Position numbers and translations under genes: made by a program. From Camelus dromedarius (taxonomy: Eukaryota), in assembly GCF_036321535.1 (NCBI RefSeq), contig NC_087447.1, positions 51,710,001-51,774,000 of the forward strand: a stretch of 64,000 bases of DNA. Direction: 5' to 3'. A model generated the notes under the pieces. It did no database searches and was not told the origin of the DNA. It saw only the letters and a list, made by a program, of their open reading frames with translations. This document shows positions 1 to 11,015 of this stretch, one piece after another (positions within the stretch are counted from its first letter, which is position 1; each line of letters opens with the position of its first letter).

Positions 1-978
1 TTGTTTGGCCTTCCAAAGAGCAAACTCAAGTAGTTAATGATTAAAACAATACAGTCACAGGACTCCTAGCTCCTCCTGAGGGATATAGGTAGCAATCTGA
101 CTCACATTATTATGGAACACAAGTTACTGTGCCGAACTGTGAGTCCAAACAAACCAAAATGTTTTATTTTGGAGCAGAGTAAGGTTTATTGCAGGGCCAA
201 GAAGGAGAATGGTAGCTCATGCTCAAAAAACCCTGAACTTCCTAATGGTTTTCAGGGAGTTTTCACAGGGAAAATTTCGAGGGCTGCAGGGTGCATGATT
301 TTCTTCTGATTGGTTTGTGGTGTGGTAACAGCATGGTGTTCCAGGAATCCTGTGCTCAGCCAGAACTTGCCATCCTCCCACCTGGATAGGGGCCTCAGTT
401 CCAGCAGAACAACTCAAAGATAAGTATATCCCTTGAGAAGGAACCAGGACCTTGCTTTAATTGCTGCACTATTCTTTCTTGATTGCTCCTCCTTTGTTTC
501 TGCATTCTGTTACTTCCCTGCTTAGCAACTGTTTGAATCTGCCTTTTGGAACTCAGGGAAGGTCTTAGAAGGCTGAATGAAGCCTATTTCCTACAAACAG
601 GAAATGAGGAGAATGGCTAGGAAAGGATTTGCTCTGCAGAAACTAAGACCACCCCCCACCTAATGGAGGATGATGACTACGTGCTGACCATTAGCATACA
701 GACCCCAGAATGGAACCAGAGATTGATGATTAAGATTTCCAAACCATGACCCTGTGACTCTCACCCCTACAGTTGTCTTTAAAAACCCTTGCCTGAGAGC
801 CATTGGAGAGTTCAGGTCTTTCGAGCACTGGCTGCTCATTCTCCTTGCTTGACACCCTGCAATAAACACCATACTTTCCTTCACTATGAAGGAGTGAGAA
901 GTAACCACAACCCAGAGCCAGTAGATTGGCTTTGGTGAATGCTGGGTGAGAGGGAGGACCCAAGTTTGGGAAAGAACA
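1..978. mobile_element. Nested or adjacent ERV LTR fragments (minus-oriented LTR ~122-630 within or next to a plus-oriented LTR ending ~978)
   Basis: GGTTTATTGC (reverse polyA signal) at ~183. TATA-like TTTAAAA (~778), AATAAA (~861) and a U5-like end ...GGACCCAAGTTTGGGAAAGAACA. Confidence 0.55.
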
Positions 979-1104
979 CAGTTTTCATAAAGATTTATTC
1001 AACCTATGATCACAGGAAAAACTGTCTTAATACCAATAATACTTTATATGATTTCACCATCTTAAAAAAAAAATACAGCCAAAAAGGTGAAAATTAAAAC
1101 TTAC

Positions 1105-1183
1105 CTCATAATACCATTGTGATATTGGCAAACTGTGGGTGATAGCAAGCCAGTTTCGATGTACCTCAAAATCTGTGGAATGG
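1105..1183 (-). CDS. ALG8: ALG8 coding exon 2 (gene continues beyond the left edge of the window)
   Basis: Encodes (Y)[26 protein letters not shown], the conserved ALG6/ALG8 motif. Acceptor TTTTGAGTAG| at 1185-1184, donor GAG|GTAAGT at 1104. Phase fits exon 1 (95+79=174 nt). Confidence 0.96.
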
Positions 1184-1662
1184 CTACTCAAAACAATCAG
1201 ATGAATAAAATGAGATTTCACAATATTTATCAATTTCACATGTCTAAAATTATCCTTTTAAATGGATCTATACCCCCTACATGGTCACAGCTCACTATCC
1301 TAAAAAGAAACAAGCAGGTATTACATAATCCTGAAACACCTCACTTACCTGGAGGCCAGATCTCCTTCTAGAAAAGCTGGGGAATCTACTAAGTGAAAAG
1401 GGTCTCTGCGTTATTTAAACGGCTGATCAAAAGCTCATACTTTTTCTTAAGGGAGGCCCTTAGGCTGTTGCTCAGAGGTGCCTTACTCTCCTTCACAAGC
1501 AATTCATTATCTGGAAATGCCTCACACACAAGCTGGATCTTCAAGGATGAGTAGTTCATCAGAGAAGGTAGGAAAAGGCCCCTGCCCTGCCTCTCCCAGG
1601 CCTCCAAATTCTGTTTACTGTTCCCCTTCTCACTATATATAAATATATCCAACCATCTCCCC

Positions 1663-2097
1663 TATAGGGGAGGAAAAATTTTTCCTTCTATCCTTCCAGG
1701 TTCTGTGCCTGGTCTAAGAATTAAATTGAAATAAGAAAGGAGGAAAAAAATAATTTTAATTACATACATATGTACAGCAGCCCTAAAAGATATATAAGAT
1801 GAGACTCAAACGGTGACCAGATAATTGAGGCTTATCTACCATTCCGAGCTAAGGAAAGGGGTTGGGGTCTAGGGCTTCAAAGAAGGTGGAAGGTAATTCA
1901 CAGAGGGGTGGAAGGTAATTCACAGAGGGGTGAAAAAGTGATCTCTGGTAATAGCTACCTTCCTGATACAGGCCCCCTTTCTAATGTAAGTTTCCCTTGA
2001 AAGTAACTTTCACTGTTTTCAAACCTTCTCTGCCTGCAGTTCCTCAAAATAAGCCCCCAAAATCCTATTTTGGGGTGGCATATTCTGCTACCCTTCA
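1663..2097 (-). mobile_element. ERV1-type solo LTR, same family as 2633-3169 and 11229-11753
   Basis: Shared terminal motifs TATAGGGGAGGAAAAATTTTTCCTTCTATCC and TTTTGGGGTGGC...CTACCC. Confidence 0.65.
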
Positions 2098-2632
2098 CTC
2101 CTTTTTAGCAGAAGCTGACTTTTCTGTTTGCTCACTGCTATACTTCCCCTCCACTTGCCGAACTGCACCTGATATGGGGACAGGCTCAATACATTCTTGT
2201 CAAATTAACCACTCATCCAAGTCAATAACGAGTTCCACAACAAAACCCAATTTACGCTTTCTAGTGTTTTATACAACCTTTCCACAGTGACAACTCTCTC
2301 GTGAGTTTCCTAGCCAACCCCTTCCATGTCTCTTTCATGCCTTTCCATTGCAATATTCATCAAATGTTGATGCTTCTTTAGGCTGAGTTCTTAGTCCTCT
2401 TTTTATGCAGCTTACTCTGCTCTGGACAATCTTGTTCACATTTATTGCTTCCACTTTCAACTGTGTAATGATAACTCCCAAATCACAATATACAGCCTTG
2501 GTCTCTTTCCTGAGTTTGAGAGACATCTCTAACCTCCTGCTGACATTATCACCTGAATTTCCTACAGATTTCTCAAAATCATGATTCAGAACTGATATTA
2601 TGACCTAGCAATTCCATTTCTAGGTACGTACT

Positions 2633-3169
2633 TGGATAGGAGCAAAAAATGGCACCTCTAAATGTTTCTCTTTGGCATGAGGATTAATTTAAGCTGATTA
2701 TTTTTAAGAACCAGAAGACTCAGGAAGTCTTTCTTTTACATCCCTCTTAGCTGCCTAAAAAATTTATATAAAGGGCTTGTTCCCAGAATAGAGCTATCAC
2801 CAGAGATATCTGCAAAGCATACGGGCCAGGTATGGTGGGGGGAACAGGGTAGGGCCTACAAATGAGAGTCCACTCTGTGTCTCACTGTCTCTGCATGGCC
2901 CAGCAAACACTTCTTTTGTTTTCCTTCCCTGTTAAGTCCTAAACTGGTATCTGCAACATCCTCTTTTGTCTTTAGCTGAAGATGGTATTGAAGGTGAGGA
3001 CTTCAGCCATTTCGGCAAGTCACTCAATTCTCCTGGTTCTCGTCCATGTACATATTATTACACTTTTGTTTGATTTTGTCCTGTTAATCTGTCTTTGGTC
3101 AATTTGATACTTAGATCAGCCAGAAGAATTTGGCTAGAAGGGTAGAGGGAAATACATTCCTCCTCAACA
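2633..3169 (+). mobile_element. ERV1-type (MER34/MER39-like) solo LTR
   Basis: TG...CA termini with a perfect 4-bp TSD TACT (2629-2632, 3170-3173). It splits an old L1 fragment. Confidence 0.8.
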
Positions 3170-4849
3170 TACTCAATGGAATGCATACACATATGTTCAC
3201 CCAAAGACACGTACTGGGTGTGTCTTCAGGCTTCCAATTACATGTCAGTTCCTCAGACCCTTCCTGACACCCAATCTAAATAAGTCTCCCTTGTTAGTCC
3301 CCCTACAGGAACCCAATCTTTTCCTTCATAACACTTAACACAAGGATAGTTCTGTAATTACATTTTGGCGCTGATTTGTCACTGGAACTGTTATCCTTAC
3401 TAAACTACCCCCTTTATAGGGTTAGGGATCATATCCATTTTGTCCTCTCCTCTAGTACCTAGCCACAGTACCTGGTTCATAATAAAGCAGTTAGTAAACA
3501 TTTTGGTGAATATTTCTGCATTTATCCTGTAGCTTCCCTCTCATATCCCAGGGGTTTCCAGTTTGAGAAGCACAACATTAACTACAACTATATGCATTTT
3601 AAATCCTGGACCAAGAGCAGTATTCAAAATAACAACCCTAAAGACACATTTCTAGGCTGAAGTAACTAAAGCAAAGAACATCATACTATATGCACAGTTT
3701 AAAAAAAAAAATCCCTTTCACTCTGATTTGAAAGGAATTTCTTACATTTTAGAAAGATTTTTCCAATTTGCTCTTAAAAGGAAAAGATGTTTCTTATTTG
3801 TTTTCAGTTTTGCAGAAAGTTCAACTGACCTTCTTTTCCCTGTAAATCATTTTGCTGAACCTATATATATTCTTCATTGCTTATATACACTTTAGGATGG
3901 ACTTATATTCTACACATACAGCTCTTCCATACCCACCAAGAGGTCACTGAGAACTTGAACTAAAGGATACCAGTAAACCCTAAACTGGGAAGGGGGGTAG
4001 GGAGACCTGTAGTGAAGGGAGAAAAGGAATGAGGGGGGAAAAGTCAAGGGAGAATTAGGAAGGATGAACAGAAGGTGGATGCCAGTATTACTAAATTAAT
4101 AAATACTGCACAACCATTGTATACACATTGCCACTTGGTGGTTGCTTCCTAGAGTTTTCATGCCTTCAGTCTTGGCCCTCCATCCTTGTCACACAATAGT
4201 CTAACACTGTGTGACCTGGCCACTGTCTACCTCATCCTGTGCCACTCTCCTTCTTTACTGATCTTCAGTCACGGGTCACTTCCTGTTCCTAAAATGCTGA
4301 GTTCTTTCCTACTAGAGGGCCTTTGCACTTACGCTTTCCTATGCCTGAACTACTTTTCACATTGCTTATTCTTTTTCAGATTTCAACTCAAACATCACCT
4401 CCCAAAAGAGGAGTGAAGTCTTGTCCGGGAATCCCTCTCTACTTCTTTTACAGATCATATCACAACCTGAAACTTCCCTGTTTGTCTCTCTGGCCCCCAC
4501 TAACTCCACCCAAGGAAAGGACCAGAAATATCTTTCTCATCACTGAATCTCCAAGATTTAGGTAGAACAGTGCCTAGCACAGGAGGCAGCTCATAAAATC
4601 CGTATTGGCAGAATAAATGTTGGAGGTGGGTGTTGTTCATCTGCATAGTAAGGATGAGGATCCTGAGGCTCAGAAACATTAAAGTCTGACAGAGCCAGGC
4701 CTGACCCCAGCCATCCAGGACTATGATCTAGTGCTCAAGTGAAATAACAATCAAAAGGCGGAGAGGGAAGCATATCAAAGGCGAGCAGCGACCACACGAG
4801 TTCAAGTTCCCTTTCCTCCTCTCACCCAGGGGCATCCACGCTTCTCTCT

Positions 4850-5300
<451 letters not shown>

Positions 5301-6133
5301 TCTTGATTTTCCCTGTCGTTGGGGTCCCTAGATGAGAGTAAACTGTATTTTCCCCTTGAGACCTTCACATACCAATGAAGGGGACACACTTGTAATCCCA
5401 GGTGGGTAAAAGTACCTGAGAATCCTGGAGGCGCCTAATCCGGACACCGGAACGGGAGTAGTAGCTCCAGGTGGAGAATGGCATGGGCAAAGATACAGAG
5501 GTGAAAACAGCCTGTGCTTCTAGAACTCTGAGTTAGGCTCTGGGGCAGTGCCTGCCTGAGTGGAACCCTCTGGGGAGGCAGGCTAGAGCCTCGTGCTCCT
5601 CACACTTGGTGTGCAGGTAACTTGGGGATCTCGTTAAAATTCGAATTCTCTTTCAGGAGGTCCAGCAAACTCCTGCATCTCGTCAGTGCTGCTGATACCT
5701 GGGCCATAAGGGCCGAGGCACGAGGAATGGAACTAGTCTTGTCTCCTTCATGTACTGTCTAATCTTGGACAAATGACTAATCTTTCTAAACCTGGTTTTC
5801 CTTTTTTGTAAGTAAAAGATAAATATGGTGTCTATCTCCTAAAGTGATTGTGAGGATGAGAATGCATGTAACTTGCTTGGTATGATGCCAGGACAGAATA
5901 AATATTCAATAAATAATATTTCAGAGAAATTAAGTAACTCGCTGAAAGATGGACAGCAGGTATCTGACAGTGTCACTGTCCTCATATGAATTAATGCCCT
6001 CCCACAACTTTGAATGCCACCCACGTGAGTATGACACTCAAATTTATATCTCAAGCCCAGCCCTTTTCTCTCACCTCCAGATCCTTTCATCCAACTGCCT
6101 ACCTGCCATCTCTTCCATGTTTTAAAGGCACCT

Positions 6134-6618
6134 TGCATTAGTTTCCTAGGCTGCTGTAACAAATTACCACAAACTTAAAGCACAAACTTGAAACAACACA
6201 AATGTATTCTCTTATAATTCTGGAGATCAGAAGTCTAAAATCAGTCTCATTAGGCTAAAGTCAAGATGTCATTAATGTTGGTTCCTCCTGGAGGTTCTGA
6301 AAGGAGAATCTTTTTTGTTTTTTTTCCCCCCAGCGTTTGGAAGTTGCATTCCTTGGCCCCTTCCTTGCATCACTCTAACCTCTTGCTTTTATTGTCACAT
6401 CTATTACTTTTCTAGACTCTAATCTCCCTTATTTCCTTTTTATAAGAACACTTGTGAGGGCATCTAGGGCCCATGTGGATAATCCAAGATAATCTCTGAG
6501 TCTCAAAATATTTAATTTAGTCAATCTGCAAAGTCCCTTTTGCCATGTAAGATAATAGTCGCACGTTCCAGAGATTAGGACACAGATATCTTTGGAGGCC
6601 ATTATTTAGTTTACCACC
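6134..6618 (-). mobile_element. MLT1 (ERVL-MaLR) solo LTR within an L2 fragment
   Basis: Typical start TGCATTAGTTTCCTAGGCTGCTGTAACAAATTACCACAAAC and end ...GGCCATTATTTAGTTTACCAC. Confidence 0.8.
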
Positions 6619-7341
6619 CACTTCAAACTTAGTATATCCAAAACTGAACTCATGATCTTTCAACAGAGAATGACATCAACGATTCAGCTGTTTATCTTCC
6701 TTGCCCTGCACCTGCAAATTCACTGTGAACTTACTAACTCACTACCCACTCCCAAACCTCTTCTCTCTTTTCCATTTCTTCTAGAGTCTGGAAAACTTAA
6801 ACCATTGATCTTCCAGCTTCCCTAGCAGCTATATGTGACCTGATGTCCCAGTTCTGTCTAGTAGGACTTAAGCAGAAGTCTGCTGGGGGATTCTCTGGGA
6901 AGGGGTTTCCTTTCTTGATAAAAGAGACCGTTGTTATGGATTTTGCCCCTTTTTCATTCCTTCTGTCTTGGACTTGGTCATGAGGCAGGGAGCTGGCCTC
7001 AGATGTGAGGAAAAGGCACATCATGCTGGCCCTGACATCACTGAGTTGCTAAACAAATCCCTTCTACCTTCAGAATTCTTACTATCTTCTCATTATCTAA
7101 GGAAATTTATTATTATCTGAGGAAACACACACCTTCCTTATGTGCTTGAGCCGCTGTTGGTTATATTGTCTGCTCCTTCCAGCTAACGTTTTTCTGTTAT
7201 TGCCAAGTCCTGTCTGTTTGACTTCCTTGTTACTGTCCCATTCATCCACTCCCCTCCACCCACTCCCCTCCACCCGCTGTTTTTTCTTCTCTCTAGTCTG
7301 ACTTGCTTTCAGCTTCTGGTGCATTCCATATTTCCGCCTGT

Positions 7342-7803
7342 TGTTTCTAGAAAACCAGCCTCTGTACCCCAATAGCTGAATTGAGAGTCAGAGGCAGAGT
7401 TTTGGGAGGATAGAAAAGAACAGTTTTATTGCTTTGCCTGGCAAAGGCAGTCACAGCAGGCTCATGCCTTAAGACGGTGATCCCATCTTGGGGCTGGGGT
7501 CTTGAGGTTTTATAGAAAAACGGGATGGAACAGAAAAGGTGATAATAATCAGGGCATTTTACAGGGTGTTACATTCTCTTCATCTTGATAGGAACTTGCT
7601 GTTGTTATGGAGGAATTAAGGAGGGTCTGCCCATTTTCTTGAGCTTTAGTCCATGACCTTTCAAAACCTCTAGGGTAAAAAGTATTAAGTTATTCTAAGA
7701 AAAGAGTGCAGAGAGGGGGAACTTGTTAGTCATAAGGTCAGTTTAGCTAATAGTACAGGCCTGAACAACTCAGTAGCCATCTTGTTAGTTTTCTACTCTT
7801 TCA
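7342..7803 (-). mobile_element. ERV solo LTR (lineage-specific)
   Basis: TG...CA termini with near-TSD CTGT/CTGC. Reverse polyA signal TTTATT (~7425) and reverse TATA TTTATAG (~7510). Confidence 0.65.
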
Positions 7804-7855
7804 CTGCAGCTTTACACATTCTGTTCCTTCTATTTGGAATGTTCTTCCTTCTCCC

Positions 7856-8399
7856 CGTTAAAAAACAAAATTCCCCTGAGTAAATCTTAAAGATCTTACT
7901 GGCTTCATTCAGTGGTTTATGAATCAAGCAGCATCCAATCTAGCAGATAAGGGGGAGGTTATAACTCCGTGTAGAGCATGTGCTTAGCATGCATGAGGTC
8001 CTCGGTTCAATCCCCAGTACCTTCATTAAAAATATTTAAATAAACCTAATTACCTCCCCCTAAAATTAAAAAGAAAAAAAAAAGATACCACACCAATCTA
8101 TCAGATAGAAAGGAACTCTGAAGAGCTGTACAAAAGAAGAAGACTTTTATAGGTAGAGGGGAGCAGGAACAAAGAAGTTACACTAGGCAAAAAAGCAGAT
8201 TGATTATTGCAAGGTTACTTTCCATATAGAAGATGGCAGCTGTTAATCAAGCAGATTACCCGCTAATGCTGATAAGGCGATTCCTGATTTTCTGGTTTAA
8301 GATTCCATTTCCAGGAGGATGAAACTATAATTAAGACTCTGGTAATATGGAGCTTAGCATAAGTGACCCCATTTGGGGCACAGTGTCTCGTTTTTAACA
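7856..8399. mobile_element. ERV1-like solo LTR interrupted by a SINE
   Basis: Inverted termini (C)GTTAAAAAAC...GTTTTTAACA, with LTR-like internal sequence. Confidence 0.55.
7951..8092 (+). mobile_element. tRNA-derived SINE (camelid Vic-1-like)
   Basis: A/B-box head (...GTAGAGCATGTGCTTAGCATGCATGAGGTCCTCGGTTCAATCCCCAGTACC), AAACCTAATTACCTCCCCC body and A-tail. 15-bp TSD CCAATCTA(G/T)CAGATA at 7935-7949 and 8093-8107. Confidence 0.85.
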
Positions 8400-9255
8400 T
8401 CTCCATAGGCTAGTTACCTAGTTACCTCTTCATCCTTTAGCTCTCAGATCAAGCACCACTTTTCCAGGGAAATCTTCCCTGACCACCTCTTGTGTACCTG
8501 TCAGCTGAGTGCAATTTTACATTGATTTGTGTGACTATCTATTCCCTCCATTAGGTATTCATTCCATCAGGGCAGGGACCTTGTGTGTTTTTACTCACTG
8601 TTGTGGCAGCCGAACTGGCACAGCAGCCGGCACAACATATGCACTCAGTATTTGTGGAATGATGTGATTGTCTGAAACAGGATTCCAGCCCCAAGTCTCT
8701 CCTACCTCAAATCCCTGCTTTTTTCCCCCACAGTACACCATGCAGTATGATAGATTTGGAACATGGGGGTAAATTGCATAAAAGGATTGATGTCAGTTTT
8801 AAAGGATCTTCAGTCTAGAAAATCGGACCAGATAGAATTATAAACAACTTGGTGAAGAAATTTTTCATAAATTACATGACCTGGCCTCTCCTTACTTGGG
8901 AGATAATTGATTCTGCTCTCAGTCCTGGTGCCTTGTTGGCGGCTGAAAGCTCTCCTAACCACTATAACAAGTGGTTCTCTCTGAAAGGGAGGGTGCACAG
9001 ATTTTGATGAGGTGCTCAGATTTTGGTTATCCCATAGACCACAGCAACTCCATGGTTCTGAGTACTTAGAGACTTGTTTTTATTTTTAATTCTTGTGTTT
9101 CTTAGAACCTGAACAGAAGATTATGATTAATCCAATAAATTTTATGTTTTTATACCTTAGGATGATTATTCATTGTCACTTAGAGGATAAAGTCAGAAAG
9201 AAACAGTCAAATCCCAAGTTTAAAAATAAAAATGAACAGTATTGCATTTAGATAT

Positions 9256-9905
9256 TGTATTAGTTCTCTCTTGCTGCATAACAAATTACCAAAAACTTAG
9301 TGGCTTAAAACAAGAAACATTTTTATCTCCTAGTTTCTGTGGTTAGGAATTCAAGAATGGCTTAGCTGGCTGGTTCTGGCTCAGGGTCTCTCACAAGGCT
9401 GCAGTCAGTATGACCTCAGAGGCTGTAGTTCACTTGAAGGCTTGACTAGAGCTGGAGGATCCATTTCCAAGACCAGCAGTTCCTCTCAATGTGGACCTTT
9501 CCTTGGGCTGTGTGAGTGTCCTCAGGACATGGCAACTGCCTGCTTCCAGACTGAGTAATCCGAGAGCCAGCACGAGCAAGTCACAATGCCTTTTATGACC
9601 CAGTCTCTTCTGCTTCATTCTATTTGTTAGAAGCTACTTGTTGTTTTTTTTGCAGTTCTTTTTTTCTGGGAGCAGGGGTGTGGGTAATTAGGTTTTTAAA
9701 ATTTACTTATGTATTTTGATGGAGATACTGGGGATTGAACCCAGGACCTCATGCATCCTAAGCATGTACTCTACCATTGAGCTATACCCTCCTCCTAGAA
9801 GCTGCTTATTAAGTCCAGCTCACACTCAAGCAGAGAGCAGTTAAGACTCCAGCTCTCAAAGGATGAATATCAGATAATTTGTTGATATATTCTAAAACTA
9901 CCATA
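9256..9905 (-). mobile_element. MLT1 solo LTR (hosts the SINE at 9640-9795)
   Basis: MLT1 start TGTATTAGTTCTCTCTTGCTGCATAACAAATTACC...CTTAGTGGCTTAAAACAA. Confidence 0.8.
9640..9795 (-). mobile_element. tRNA-derived SINE (camelid Vic-1-like)
   Basis: Reverse complement reads GGAGGAGGGTATAGCTCAATGGTAGAG...GGGTTCAATCCCCAGTA...AAACCTAATTACC. TSD TAGAAGCT(A/G)CTT at 9628-9639 and 9796-9807. Confidence 0.85.
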
Positions 9906-11015
9906 TATGTCTCAGCCACGTTTTTAGGATATCAGAAACAGGATTGTTATCTAGGTGGAAGAAAAAAAAAAAACAATCCCAGTCTGGGGAGGGCTTTCTG
10001 TTTGTTATGTCTAGTTTGTCCTCCTTGTCAGCAGTCTTTCCCCCCTACATCTCCCTTCATGATGTGCATGCTCTGTGTTAGGCTGAGGTGAACAAGAACA
10101 AGAGCTGCTTTACCTGAGGACTGATGTGTGCTGGCCCCGTGCTGGATATTCCTATTCTTTTCATCTTCACAACCATCCTTTGAGATAGGTACTGTGATTA
10201 TCCCCACACTGCAGATGAGGCTACTGAGGCTCAGGGAGGTTAAGTAACTTGCCCAAGGACACGCAGTAAGTTGAGGAGGTAGGATTTGGATTCAGGATGA
10301 ACTGATACATCATCCTGCTACTACATGGTTCTGACCTTCCTGGAGCTCAGTGTTTCCCAAAGCACATGACACATAATCAGTTGCTAGTAGAAGGTGATGA
10401 TTACAGCAATTAGAGGTACACATAGGCACAAAGGGACATGAAGGAGGGAATCATTAAATCCTAGGCCCACTGCTGTACCACCCCCAGAGTCATCCTCTAC
10501 AGTGTGGGTCTTCCTCCCAGTGTGTCTGCAGGGAAAAGTTGAAGCTGCCATTCAGGCCCTTCCGGACAAGGTCCCTGCTGGCTTCTCCAGCTTCACCCAA
10601 TCCTGCTTCGTTCACAAAATCCATCCTATCCATCTGGAACTTCTCACTCTTCTTTGAACACACTGCGTTCTTTATAACTCTGTGCCTTTGCGTGGGCCAC
10701 TCTCTCCCATAATGCCCCTTTCCTCTAGTCTATGACAAGTTCCTTCAATTCCTTCAGGACCCAGCTCAAATGGTCTATGAAAATTTCCCAAAGCACTGTG
10801 TAAGGCTTCTTGTAGAAAATTTGCCAGTAGCTGTTATAATTGTTACCCCAGTAGCAGCTAGGACTTCCAAGACTCTAAGATCTAGGTAAAAGTGACTTTG
10901 CCCGACCATTTACTCCCAAGTTTACAGCCCATGGAAGCCAAAGCCCTCCCTCGTGCTTCTGCAGATTCTCAGAGGCTTACATTTTCACGTCACTTCTTTT
11001 CTCCTGGACTTTCCA

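Noticed and set aside
7951..8025. tRNA gene (also 9720-9795)
   Set aside because: The tRNA-like head is followed by a SINE body, A-tail and TSDs, so it is a SINE.
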